A DNA stretch of 32,000 nt from Pirellula staleyi DSM 6068 (lineage in GTDB: Bacteria; Planctomycetota; Planctomycetia; Pirellulales; Pirellulaceae): the NCBI GenBank assembly GCA_000025185.1, contig CP001848.1, forward strand, positions 2,340,001 to 2,372,000, in the 5' to 3' direction. Below the pieces are notes generated by a model. That model was not told the DNA's origin. It searched no databases and was given only the letters and a program-made list of their open reading frames with translations. The translations under genes were made by a program, and so were the position numbers. Positions 6,935 to 15,800 of this stretch are shown piece by piece (position 1 is the stretch's first letter; each line of letters starts with the position of its first letter).

Positions 6935-7963
6935 CTAGGTAGCTGGATTGTAGGCCCCCGACAGTACCACTGCCAGAACTATTGCGAGGGCCAGCGCCGC
7001 GATTGCCAGAAAGACAATGGCAATAATGGCAACCACACCCATCCCTTTTTTACGGGATTCGTACTGCTTGAGTTTGCGCGTCGAGCGTGCTCCGGCAGCC
7101 GGTGCAGCAGGTTCGGCGGGAGGTGTGGGGGCGGTGGCTGCGGCAAGCGACGGAAAGAGCTGCGCGGCGGGAATCCAGTCGGCAAAGCCTTCGCGCCAGA
7201 CGAGCGAATCGGCACTTACGCGCCCTTCGGCAATCCAGCCTCGCATCACATCGCCCCGTGCGGGGCCATACTGACCACCGGCTGGCGGGCGGACATACCA
7301 GGCAGCCTGAGGGGCTTCGCCAATCGGGTCGCCAGCGAGGCGCGGTGCCACGGGAACCGCCCCGGCCACTGGCATCGCTGGCATGCCGGGGTGCATGGTG
7401 ATGGGGCCCGCCACAGGAGCTCCCACCGGCATCCCAACCGGCACGCCACCCACGGGAACCGCCATCGGCATTCCGCCGGGGCTCATCGGGCGTGGCATGC
7501 TCGCCATCGGTGCCCCACCCATCGGAACCGCCATCGGTCGGGCCATGCCGGGCTGCAGGGGCATTGCCTGTACTGGCATGGCCTGCAGCGGCGTCCCGGG
7601 AGCAGGCATTCCAGCTGGATAGACCGGCTGCGCACCAGGCGCAACTCCTTGCAGGGCATTGGTTTGTGCTACAGGAAACGGAGCCGCCTGCGGAGCGGTC
7701 GGCTGAGCTGGCAGCGGCTGGACCGGTGCAGCGGGGATGGGCATCAATGGCTGAGTCGGACGCGCGGCCAGTGGAGCAGGCTCCGCCTCGTCGGGGCGAG
7801 GAATCGCTGGGTCCGACAGGTCCATGCCACTGTCGTCGGAGTCTTCCTCCGCCTCGGGAATCCGGAATTTCGCCCCACAGTGCGGGCAAACACCCTTTTT
7901 GCCCGCCAGGAACGTCTTCACGTTCAGCTTATGCCCATTGGGGCAAACTACCTTGATACCCAT
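6935..7963 (-). CDS. Membrane-anchored zinc-ribbon / Met-Pro-rich / GYF-like (DUF4339-type) protein
   Basis: 342 aa. The N-terminal CPNGH...CPHC is a C-x3-H ... C-x2-C ribbon. Res 119-197 are a Met/Pro/Ala/Gly-rich tract. Res ~221-270, WYVRPPAGGQYGPARGDVMRGWIAEGRVSADSLVWREGFADWIPAAQLF, fit the GYF_2 pattern. The C-terminal TM helix is VVAIIAIVFLAIAALALAIVLAVVL. Confidence 0.8.
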   Translation of the reverse strand: MGIKVVCPNGHKLNVKTFLAGKKGVCPHCGAKFRIPEAEEDSDDSGMDLSDPAIPRPDEAEPAPLAARPTQPLMPIPAAPVQPLPAQPTAPQAAPFPVAQTNALQGVAPGAQPVYPAGMPAPGTPLQAMPVQAMPLQPGMARPMAVPMGGAPMASMPRPMSPGGMPMAVPVGGVPVGMPVGAPVAGPITMHPGMPAMPVAGAVPVAPRLAGDPIGEAPQAAWYVRPPAGGQYGPARGDVMRGWIAEGRVSADSLVWREGFADWIPAAQLFPSLAAATAPTPPAEPAAPAAGARSTRKLKQYESRKKGMGVVAIIAIVFLAIAALALAIVLAVVLSGAYNPAT

Positions 7964-8070
7964 GAAAATGCCTTCAATCCCGCGTCCAAAGCCCCTCGTC
8001 GTCTCTCTCCAATATACACACCTTCCGGCTGCTCATTTCGCTGAATTCACCGCACACAGGTCGTCCCCTC

Positions 8071-8098
8071 GCGACAATTCTCGCACGCTTCCTACAAT
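8071..8098 (+). promoter_or_regulatory. Candidate sigma70-type promoter for the ClpP-like gene
   Basis: GCGACA (8071-8076), a 16-nt spacer, then TACAAT (8093-8098). Lies ~40 nt upstream of GTG 8140. Confidence 0.3.
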
Positions 8099-8139
8099 CG
8101 CTACACCACGAACCCGCACTTCGATTCGAGACCCACCCT

Positions 8140-8727
8140 GTGACCGACGACCACGACGAACCGCAATACCCGCTCGAAATTGCCGTGATGGGCGAACTGA
8201 CCGAGCACGAACCCGACCTTTGCGAAAAGCTGCTCGCCGTTCCTCCTGGGGGTGAAGTGACCCTCTACTTCAACTCGCCAGGCGGGAGTGCCTACGCCGC
8301 CATGTCCCTTGCTTCGATCATAAAACTCCGCAATTTGCAGGCCACCGGCGTCGTCACTGGCGAATGCTCGTCGGCCGCTCTTTGGCCCTTTGCCGCCTGC
8401 ATCAAACGGCTTGTGACACCTCATAGTGTGGCCCTGTTTCATCCCATGAAATGGGAGAGCGAAGAACATGTCGGCATCGCGGAAGCTGCGGAGTGGGCCC
8501 GCCACTTCTCGCTCCTCGAAAAAGAGATGGATCAGCTGCTGGCTGATCTGTTTGGCATCTCGCTCGAGGTGATCGCCCCTTGGATGCGGCCCGGCCGCTA
8601 CGTTTCGGGACGCGAACTCGCCGCTGCTGGCCTGGCCGAGATCACCCCGCTAAGCTTCCTGGCCCATCTACAGCCGACGGAGCCTCCCCCGTCACCCAAG
8701 TCCAAAGCCAAGTCGAAATCGAAGTGA
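8140..8727 (+). CDS. ClpP-fold (S14 / ClpP-crotonase superfamily) protease-like protein with Lys/Ser-rich tail
   Basis: 195 aa with a GTG start; an alternative ATG is at 8188. It aligns by eye along ClpP. FNSPGGS matches INSPGG. GECSSAALW matches GQAASMG (Ser retained). LFHPMKW matches MIHQPLG (His retained). PGRYVSGRELAAAGLAEI matches RDRFLSAPEAVEYGLVDSI (Asp replaced by Gly). The tail is PPPSPKSKAKSKSK. Confidence 0.7.
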   Translation: MTDDHDEPQYPLEIAVMGELTEHEPDLCEKLLAVPPGGEVTLYFNSPGGSAYAAMSLASIIKLRNLQATGVVTGECSSAALWPFAACIKRLVTPHSVALFHPMKWESEEHVGIAEAAEWARHFSLLEKEMDQLLADLFGISLEVIAPWMRPGRYVSGRELAAAGLAEITPLSFLAHLQPTEPPPSPKSKAKSKSK

Positions 8728-8880
8728 CAGCTCGCGGCGATTGCTAGCAGGCACGCTCGCCCTGTCGTCTCGCGCCGCTAGTTGATCTTGGTAAAAACCT
8801 CTGTCGCGGCCTACACTTGCGCTCCACTATGCCTCGCCAAGATGCGAAGTGCATTTCCTGCGCAAGAGCACGTAGTCGAC

Positions 8881-10425
8881 ATGCGACAAAGTCCTGCTGG
8901 TTCCGAAATTTCGAAAAGCGCCCACCCGTTTCTGCTTCGCTGCTGGGTGATTGGCGGCCTGCTGCTCTGCTGCGCACTGGCCGGATGCTCGAAAAAAACG
9001 ACTCCCCCGAAAATCGCTGGCGAAGAAGGAGAACTCGTTCAACTCCCTCGCACGTTTGCCTCTCCTCATCAGGGACTGAAGGACGAACTCGACGTCCTGA
9101 AGCAGACGGCTCAATTGCCGCGCATGTTGGCCGAACGATTTCCCTACTATGTGGCCGAGAAATCGCCAACCACTGCCTACACCCGATTAAACCGCTGCTA
9201 CCCACCACTTTCGCGGTCGATCTTGGCCGACCATATCGCCGAGCTTGTTCCGCGCGCATCGGGGCTACTCGGGCCTGTGGAACTCGCCAAAACACAAGAA
9301 CTCCTAGCTCGTTACGCCGAGAACCGCAAAGAATTGCGAGCGATTCTGCGAGAGCATCCCACCGGCCCCGAATTGCCACTCGCGATGGGGCCACTGGTCG
9401 ACGTCGAGTGCCTCGATGCCGCCGAAATTGCGATTCAAATCGAAGTCCTTGCCTCTGCAGCCGCTCTTTCGACTCACCATCCAGCAGCCGCTGAAGAAGC
9501 GATCGAAACAGGGCTCAAACTGGCCGCTTGGCTAGCCGGGGAACCCAGCGTCACAGTTCGAATCGTCGCCGCACAAACCAGGCATGCGGCACTCCAGTCG
9601 CTGGCGGCGCTCATCACCCAGCGGCAAGCCGATAGTGCCACCGTTGAGCGTTTGCATCGTGTAATCGATCAGCAAATCGCCACATGGCCCCTCGATAGTC
9701 AGCTATGGGAAGGGGACCGTCTTCAAGGGCTCATCACTTATGAGATTATAAGAAGCGGACACTATTTCTCGCTCCTTCCAGCCGACGAAATGAAATCGTT
9801 AGAAGAGCAGGGGATCTTAAAGACCACCGCCCGAGCGGTCTTAAAGAATATTGATGACGACGAGCAGTTTTATCTCCGCGCGATGCGTCAAATGATCGAG
9901 GCGAGCAATCAACCTTATTTTCTGCGCAAAAGCCGACTCGATACATTGCGAGCGGAACTCGATAACTTGCGGCTTCAACCTTTAGAGCCCCTCATTGCCA
10001 GTAGCATGTTGCTGGTCGATTTCGACGCAGCGCATCGCTGGCAGGCGATCGATCGTAGTCGCATGGATGCTTGGAGTTTGGCGCTGGGGGCTGCACTTGG
10101 CAAAGACGTATCCCCCATCGAGAGCCAGTTGACCGGCGAACTCTTTCGAATCACCGCAGTCGAAGAGCGGCTGGTGATCTCGGGCGTGAGTGTGCCCGAT
10201 GAACCGATTACGATCTATCGCATGAGCCCCGCACAGCCCACTTCGGCACCGCCAACGTCGAGCCAACTTCCCCGGGCTCTCGAGCAGCCTTATGCAGCGG
10301 AGATTCAGCCTGCATTTCCCGCTCCGCTTCCTGCCCCACAGACCCGAGAAGATCCTGCGGCTCTCCCCAGCTATCGAACGAGTCGTCCACGTTCGGTCGA
10401 CGTCTTTCCGGCGCAGCCTCGCTAA
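8881..10425 (+). CDS. Hypothetical lipoprotein with Pro-rich C-terminus
   Basis: The track ORF starts at 8782. I prefer ATG 8881 (alternative 8842), which gives MRQSPAGSEISKSAHPFLLRCWVIGGLLLCCALAGC|SKK with the lipobox LAGC. The body is helical, and the C-terminal ~70 aa are P/A/S-rich. Confidence 0.7.
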   Translation: MRQSPAGSEISKSAHPFLLRCWVIGGLLLCCALAGCSKKTTPPKIAGEEGELVQLPRTFASPHQGLKDELDVLKQTAQLPRMLAERFPYYVAEKSPTTAYTRLNRCYPPLSRSILADHIAELVPRASGLLGPVELAKTQELLARYAENRKELRAILREHPTGPELPLAMGPLVDVECLDAAEIAIQIEVLASAAALSTHHPAAAEEAIETGLKLAAWLAGEPSVTVRIVAAQTRHAALQSLAALITQRQADSATVERLHRVIDQQIATWPLDSQLWEGDRLQGLITYEIIRSGHYFSLLPADEMKSLEEQGILKTTARAVLKNIDDDEQFYLRAMRQMIEASNQPYFLRKSRLDTLRAELDNLRLQPLEPLIASSMLLVDFDAAHRWQAIDRSRMDAWSLALGAALGKDVSPIESQLTGELFRITAVEERLVISGVSVPDEPITIYRMSPAQPTSAPPTSSQLPRALEQPYAAEIQPAFPAPLPAPQTREDPAALPSYRTSRPRSVDVFPAQPR

Positions 10426-10464
10426 CGAGTTGCGGCGACCAGCCTCGCTGAAGATCGCTGTGTA

Positions 10465-11196
10465 TCAGCCCCGTTTGCGCCCTACAAATAGATAGTAGGG
10501 TGTGCGAATCAGTGGAATGTAGGGGACTTTCGCGACATGTTCTTCGAAGCGAATGGGCTCGAGATGTCGGTGTAAAAACGGCACGTGATCGGCCGAGGGA
10601 AAAACGTTATCCATCCCGAACCAAGTGGGCCAAAACGTGCGTGTGAACCAGCTATGTTTTTTCAGCCCATCGCGAGGAAACTTCCGGGCGACATAGAAAT
10701 CGACGACCCCCAGCACGCCGCCGGGCTTCAGCATCGCGATCGCGTTTTCGATCGCTGCAAACCAGTCGGGGATCATAGTCAGAGAATAGCTGAAGGTCAC
10801 CACATCAGCCTGCATTCCATCGGGCTGAAAGGTGGTGGCATCGGCTTCGACCGCTTCGACGTTATGCCACCCTTTAGCCGCAAAACGTTTGCGTCCCACG
10901 GCAAGCAGCGATGGCGAAAGATCGACCACCAGCACCTTGCCGAGCTTCGGAATGGAATTGGCAAAGTACTCGACGTTCGAGCCTGTTCCACCCCCCATGT
11001 CGACCCACAAACCACCATCGGGAGGCTGAATTTCGCGGTAAAGTTCTTCACGACCTTTCAACAGCCGTTTGCGAAAATCGTCGTACGCTTCTGCTTGGCC
11101 CGAGTAGAAGCTTTCCATGCGCGCGGCATGATCTTTTCCACGAACCGGTTTGACGGCGAGGTGATAGAGCACTTTGAGATCGCCGAGCAAACCCAT
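10465..11196 (-). CDS. btaB: SAM-dependent N-methyltransferase, BtaB-like (DGTS synthesis step 2)
   Basis: Class I methyltransferase motif I is VDMGGGTG, and the post-I acidic residue is in VVDLS. The N-terminal FYSGQAEAYDDFRKRLLKGREEL is the BtaB-type lead-in as I recall it. It lies directly downstream of btaA on the same strand. I prefer ATG 11196, which has GGGAGAAG ~9 nt upstream, over the TTG at 11223. Confidence 0.65.
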   Translation of the reverse strand: MGLLGDLKVLYHLAVKPVRGKDHAARMESFYSGQAEAYDDFRKRLLKGREELYREIQPPDGGLWVDMGGGTGSNVEYFANSIPKLGKVLVVDLSPSLLAVGRKRFAAKGWHNVEAVEADATTFQPDGMQADVVTFSYSLTMIPDWFAAIENAIAMLKPGGVLGVVDFYVARKFPRDGLKKHSWFTRTFWPTWFGMDNVFPSADHVPFLHRHLEPIRFEEHVAKVPYIPLIRTPYYLFVGRKRG

Positions 11197-11245
11197 CGCA
11201 AACTTCTCCCGCCGAGACACCAAATATGAAATAGTATTCCAGGTC

Positions 11246-12436
11246 TTAGACCTTCAGGTCAGCAATATAAAAGCTGCCATAGGTATGGACACGATCTTTT
11301 TCGTGCAGTTCAGCCGCCAGTTTTTCGTGATGCGTTAGCAGTTCCGGGAGCATCCGCGACTGGCCATTCACATTCAGATTCACACGGTCGAGGAAGTCGG
11401 TTTTGAGTCCACCGCTGCGCCAAAGAATTCGGGTATCGGTGGCGGCTCGTTTCAAAATGGCTTGCCATTCGAGTTCTAGCAGCGGAAAAAACTTGTCGCT
11501 GAGCCAGTCCATATGATCGAGCAAGATATAACGCGAGATCTGACCCTCGTGCTTATCTAAAAAACCTTGCACCGAATCGGTGTGGGTGCTGACGCGGTCG
11601 ACGAGTCCACCCTTGAGCTTCGCGAAATTCTCGGCTTTGAGATATTCCGGACAGCATTCTTTGGTATAGCGCCCCTTCATATAGACGCGCCAGAAATAAT
11701 TGTCAGCCAGTGGCAACTTGCAGAAGACAGCTTCCACACTGTCCTGGACGAACTTCACAATACCACCTTTGTATTGTTGTTCGACCTGACGGCGCTGTGC
11801 TTTGGGGACACCGACCATGGAAAGTGTGGTATCGCGTCCCATTGCAAAACGCATCGGTCGCGACCAGAACTTGTCCCGCAGATGCTTCTCGTAGATCTCG
11901 ACCTGCTCTTCGATCGATTTAGCATCGAGGGCAGCTTCGATATGAGGGCGGACCCGAATGATTCGGTCGGTGTAAAGCTTAATGATGCGGGCAAACGCGC
12001 CACTAGTGCCACGGAAATAGAACGGGCGATTCGGATCGGCGAAGAACTTAATCCATTTGTCCCACCAGGTTTGTGACCAGGCGGGGAGTTCTTTGCGGAT
12101 CTTTTCTTTGTAGAGCTGGCGAATGCGAGGATGATAACCCTCGCCGAACATTAAAAAGAAGTCTTCGAAGTCGAGCGATTTAATGGCGGCCCGCTTCATA
12201 TCGAGCAGGGCGTTCTGGCGGGGATTCATATCCACCGCGTAGACGTGGTTGGGGCTGCAGAGTGCATAGTCGAGAGCGTTGCAGCCAGCCGACGTGATGA
12301 CGAGCACGTTGTCGGTCGGTTTCAGCTCGAGAGCCACGCGATCGAGTCGCGGATCCTCCCAGCAGGTGTTGTAAACCAGATTATTGCCGTGAACGAACTT
12401 AAAAACGCGTCCGCTCACCCAGTCCAGTACCGACAT
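11246..12436 (-). CDS. btaA: S-adenosylmethionine:diacylglycerol 3-amino-3-carboxypropyl transferase, BtaA-like (DUF3419)
   Basis: 396 aa. LVYNTCWEDPRLDRVALELKPTDNVLVITSAGCNALDYAL...VYAVDMNPRQNALLDMK matches the DUF3419/BtaA signature (WEDP, SAGCNAL, DxNPxQ). Size and pairing with a small methyltransferase match the two-gene bta operon. Confidence 0.75.
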   Translation of the reverse strand: MSVLDWVSGRVFKFVHGNNLVYNTCWEDPRLDRVALELKPTDNVLVITSAGCNALDYALCSPNHVYAVDMNPRQNALLDMKRAAIKSLDFEDFFLMFGEGYHPRIRQLYKEKIRKELPAWSQTWWDKWIKFFADPNRPFYFRGTSGAFARIIKLYTDRIIRVRPHIEAALDAKSIEEQVEIYEKHLRDKFWSRPMRFAMGRDTTLSMVGVPKAQRRQVEQQYKGGIVKFVQDSVEAVFCKLPLADNYFWRVYMKGRYTKECCPEYLKAENFAKLKGGLVDRVSTHTDSVQGFLDKHEGQISRYILLDHMDWLSDKFFPLLELEWQAILKRAATDTRILWRSGGLKTDFLDRVNLNVNGQSRMLPELLTHHEKLAAELHEKDRVHTYGSFYIADLKV

Positions 12437-12843
12437 CTTCGCCGCCTCGTGCCTGAAAATTAACTTCCATCAACGTTCCGCAGATTCTGACGCCGTCGGG
12501 CATGCTCCACAAGTCGCCACGATGCAATCGGACGAGAGGGGGCGGGTTTGGTAAATAAGGTAAACAAGTTGGGCTGTGGATCGAGACTGATCGATTCGGC
12601 CACAAGTGTCGATACGATCAAGGATTAGAGCGAGAGACTCCGGCTCGGACTGTGGGCGAGTGGGCAGTCTTAGCAGGTGAGAATTTAGACGGGACGAAAA
12701 AAATCGCTCGTCGCACAAAAATTTCTTTCGTTCTCGAGCGAACGGATGATATACAAAAGATCGCCCGTTAGTCTCCCTCAATTGGTGGGCTGATCGCGTG
12801 TGCGAAAATGCCTTGGGAGCTTGTGGCGGCGGAGATTTCCTCG

Positions 12844-15800
12844 ATGTCGCACCTCTCGATTACCTGTCCGCATTGCAAAAGCAATTTGCCAGTTCGGTAC
12901 ATGCCAGCCGCTGGCACGCAGGTGCAATGTCCGAAGTGTCGCGCTGCGTTCGCCGTCCAGCCACCCAAGCCAACGGTCGCCCCCGGCGATTTGCTCGGCG
13001 CAAGTTCCGTGGCAGTCGTCCCTTCGGCTCCTGTACCGGCTGCTCCGGTGCAAGCCACTCTTGTGCCGCCCAAGCCAGTAGCGAGGCCAGCCACTACTCC
13101 CGCCGCTGGCGCACCTTACGCACCAATCGTTCCTCCAGCGCTTCAGCCTCCACCTGCGGCTCAGACTGGATACGCCCAACCTTCGTATGGTCAGCCCGGC
13201 TATGGTCAGGCACCTTATGCGGCAGCACCAGCTCCGCTGCAAGTTCCGGCTGCTTATGGGGTTCCCGCTGGTAGTTATGCGCCGGTCGCTCCTCAGGGGT
13301 ACGATCCGCTGCAAAAGCCCGCCTTGGCACCCCCGGCGACTGTCCCCGGTTCCAAAACAGGGCTGATCATCGCCGCCATCGCCGGTTGTGCGGTGCTCGG
13401 CATCGTGCTGATCACCGTCGTAGTGGTGAGCTCGATGGGGGGCAAAAAAGATCCCGCCCTCGCAGCCAGCGGCACTTCATCACCGTATGGTGCCACCTCT
13501 GGCTACCAACCTGCTCCGACACCTGGTGTGGGTGGGGCGGTTCCCAGCCCGTTCACGAGTGGCATCCCCGCTCCCAATGGTTCGACACCAGTTCCACCCC
13601 AGCCTGTGCCTGGAATTCCAGCTCCCATTCCAGCCGTTAGTGCGACCGCTCCTCCTCCGCCACCACCGGTCGGTACAACGGCCAGCGGCATCGTTCCAGG
13701 AGCTGGACCGGTTGCTAAGGGGCTCGCCACCGTTTCCACGGAGCCTGCCTCGGCCTACCGCTTTGAACCCGGAAAGATGGCCCACTACACCTTTTCGATC
13801 GATGCCCCTGCACAAGGGGCCAAGTCGTTTGGAGCGATCTATTTTCGGACAGACGAACTAGCCCAAGCTGAAATTGAGCGTAAGGCACGCAGCGTGGATG
13901 AAGTGACCGGCACTGGGACCGCATTTGTGGTGCATCGCGACGGTTTGCTCGTCACCTGTGCTCACGTGGTGGAGGGGGCCAAGTCGATTGAAGTGAAGTT
14001 TGGGACGGAGTCGTACGTCGGTGAACTGGTGGCGATCGACAGCGTGCGCGATCTGGCTGTGCTACGTATCGACGCACGCAATCTCACCGAGCTTCCCATG
14101 GGGGATTCTTCGACACTCGAATTGGCTGAAGAAGTGCGCGCCGTCGGCTTTCCGCTCGCTTCGCAGTTGGGGGAGAGCATCAAGATCACCCGCGGCACGC
14201 TCTCTGGCCGGGTCTCTGAACCTTCCGGCGAGTTGCTGCAGATCGACGCACCGATCAATCCCGGCAATAGCGGTGGCCCCTTGGTCGACGAGAAAGGGAA
14301 CTTCGTCGGCGTTTGCAGTTCGGGGCTCGTTGGCGAACAGATCTCAAACGTTGGGTTTGCTTGCCCCAGCGCCGACGTAATGAAGATGCTTAACAAGCTG
14401 AATGTCTCGCTCGTTTCGACGCTGCGCACCGATTCGCTCACCGGCCCGCGTCTGGCGCGCCTCGTCACGCCGTCGGTAGCGCTGGTGAAAGTGAAGTCGT
14501 CCGATGCTTCCGGTGCTCAAGCGATTGAATATTCTGGCTACCTGGCCGATCAAACGCGCATCGGCCCTGGACTACGTCGTGAAGAAACGAGCAAGCTGAT
14601 TCTCTCGCACGCTGGCGAAGTGTTGGCGTCTAAAGGTTCGCTGGAGCTTCCGCATCATCATGGCTTGCTCGGGAACTTGATTTTTCATCAGCTCGGCACA
14701 CGTGGCGAACGAAAGTGGGACACCCGCCGGGTCACGACCGTAACAGTCACACAATCGCGTTCGGTCTTTCCACCTGGATTTCCCGGTGGCATGCCGGGTG
14801 GATTTGGTCCACGCGGAATCCCTGGTGGATCGTCGCAAATCGTGCTGCCGGCACTGGAGCGAAGCAGCTACGAACTTGTGACCGAGGGCGACGAGCTGAA
14901 GGTCAAAAAAGAGTATGCCTTTGTGGTTCTTGGTGGGGACATGAACGCGGAAGAGCCCGACCCGATGCTGGGGGTGAGTGGCAGTGGCGAGTTCATTTTC
15001 GATACCAAGCAGGGCTTGCCGAAACTCATGACCTTCGACACCCAGGTGATGACGAAACTGGGGAGCGGGCCACCTCAGTATCCGACGAAGCTGACTTGGC
15101 AATTGAAGGAAGTGGTGCCGACCAGCACGGGTAATCTTCCGACGCAGCCCCAGCCCGACTTGGCTTCGAGCACGACACCGAGTGTTCCTGTTCCAGCACC
15201 GGTTCCGTTTCCGGCGGTGCCCAACATTCCGAGCCCAGCTCCACCGCCTGATTTCGGAGCAACTCGTCCCGCTGAAGCTCCTACGGCGAAACGCGAGACC
15301 GATCCCAAAAAAGTCGACGAGATCATCGTGGCACTGGAATCGGCCGACGATTCGTTCGCAGCAAAGTTTCTCCCTGTCTCGCAGCTTTCGATGATGGAGC
15401 CGATCGATTCCAAACGCGACAAGGTCGCCACGCTTCTCGATCGTTTGCTAACGACCAAGCAACAGTCGGTTCGATCGGCTGCGATTCGAGCCGTGGCCAA
15501 GTGGGGAACTCAGCGAAACATTCCCACCCTGATGCGTCTTTGCGACGAACTTGATTTGGGGACGCGCTGGGGTGCCATCAATGCACTGGGGGATATCGGT
15601 GGCGATGCGGAGTCGGCTGCCAAAGTCGCTACGCTGATGGGGGATCAAAACGACATGCTGACAGCCGCAAACGCGCTGAAGAAGATGGGAACCTTTGCCG
15701 AAGAGCCAGTCTGGAAGCATCTCCAGCCCGACAACGTGCAGCTGTTCCTACAGGCAACGCACGTGCTGGACGAAGTCGGTACCGCGCGAAGCATCACAGC

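Noticed and set aside
7017-8044. Many overlapping ORFs on both strands (e.g. 7050-7889 -, 7391-8044 +, 7492-7956 +)
   Set aside because: These alternative frames stay open because of the GC-rich, Pro/Ala/Met-coding sequence. Only the 6935-7963 frame has a zinc ribbon, a GYF-like domain and a TM anchor.
8744-9394. 216-aa minus-strand ORF, plus 8817-9494 + in another frame
   Set aside because: Both overlap the lipoprotein gene. Their translations are Arg-rich with no signal peptide or motifs. The 8881-10425 frame has a canonical lipobox and coherent helical sequence.
12470-12781. 103-aa minus ORF, and 12399-12605, in the btaA/protease divergent region
   Set aside because: Both have low-GC3, irregular composition, no start context and no motifs. 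The region is better explained as a ~400-bp divergent promoter region.
12921-12935. TGGCACGCAGGTGCA, resembling a sigma54 -24/-12 element
   Set aside because: The spacing to the GC is one nucleotide short, and it lies inside the zinc-ribbon coding sequence (AGTQVQC).
12778-13330. Minus-strand ORFs (178, 108 and 78 aa) opposite the 5' end of the protease gene
   Set aside because: They are shadows of the Pro/Ala-rich linker coding region, with Arg/Trp/Ser-rich nonsense translations.
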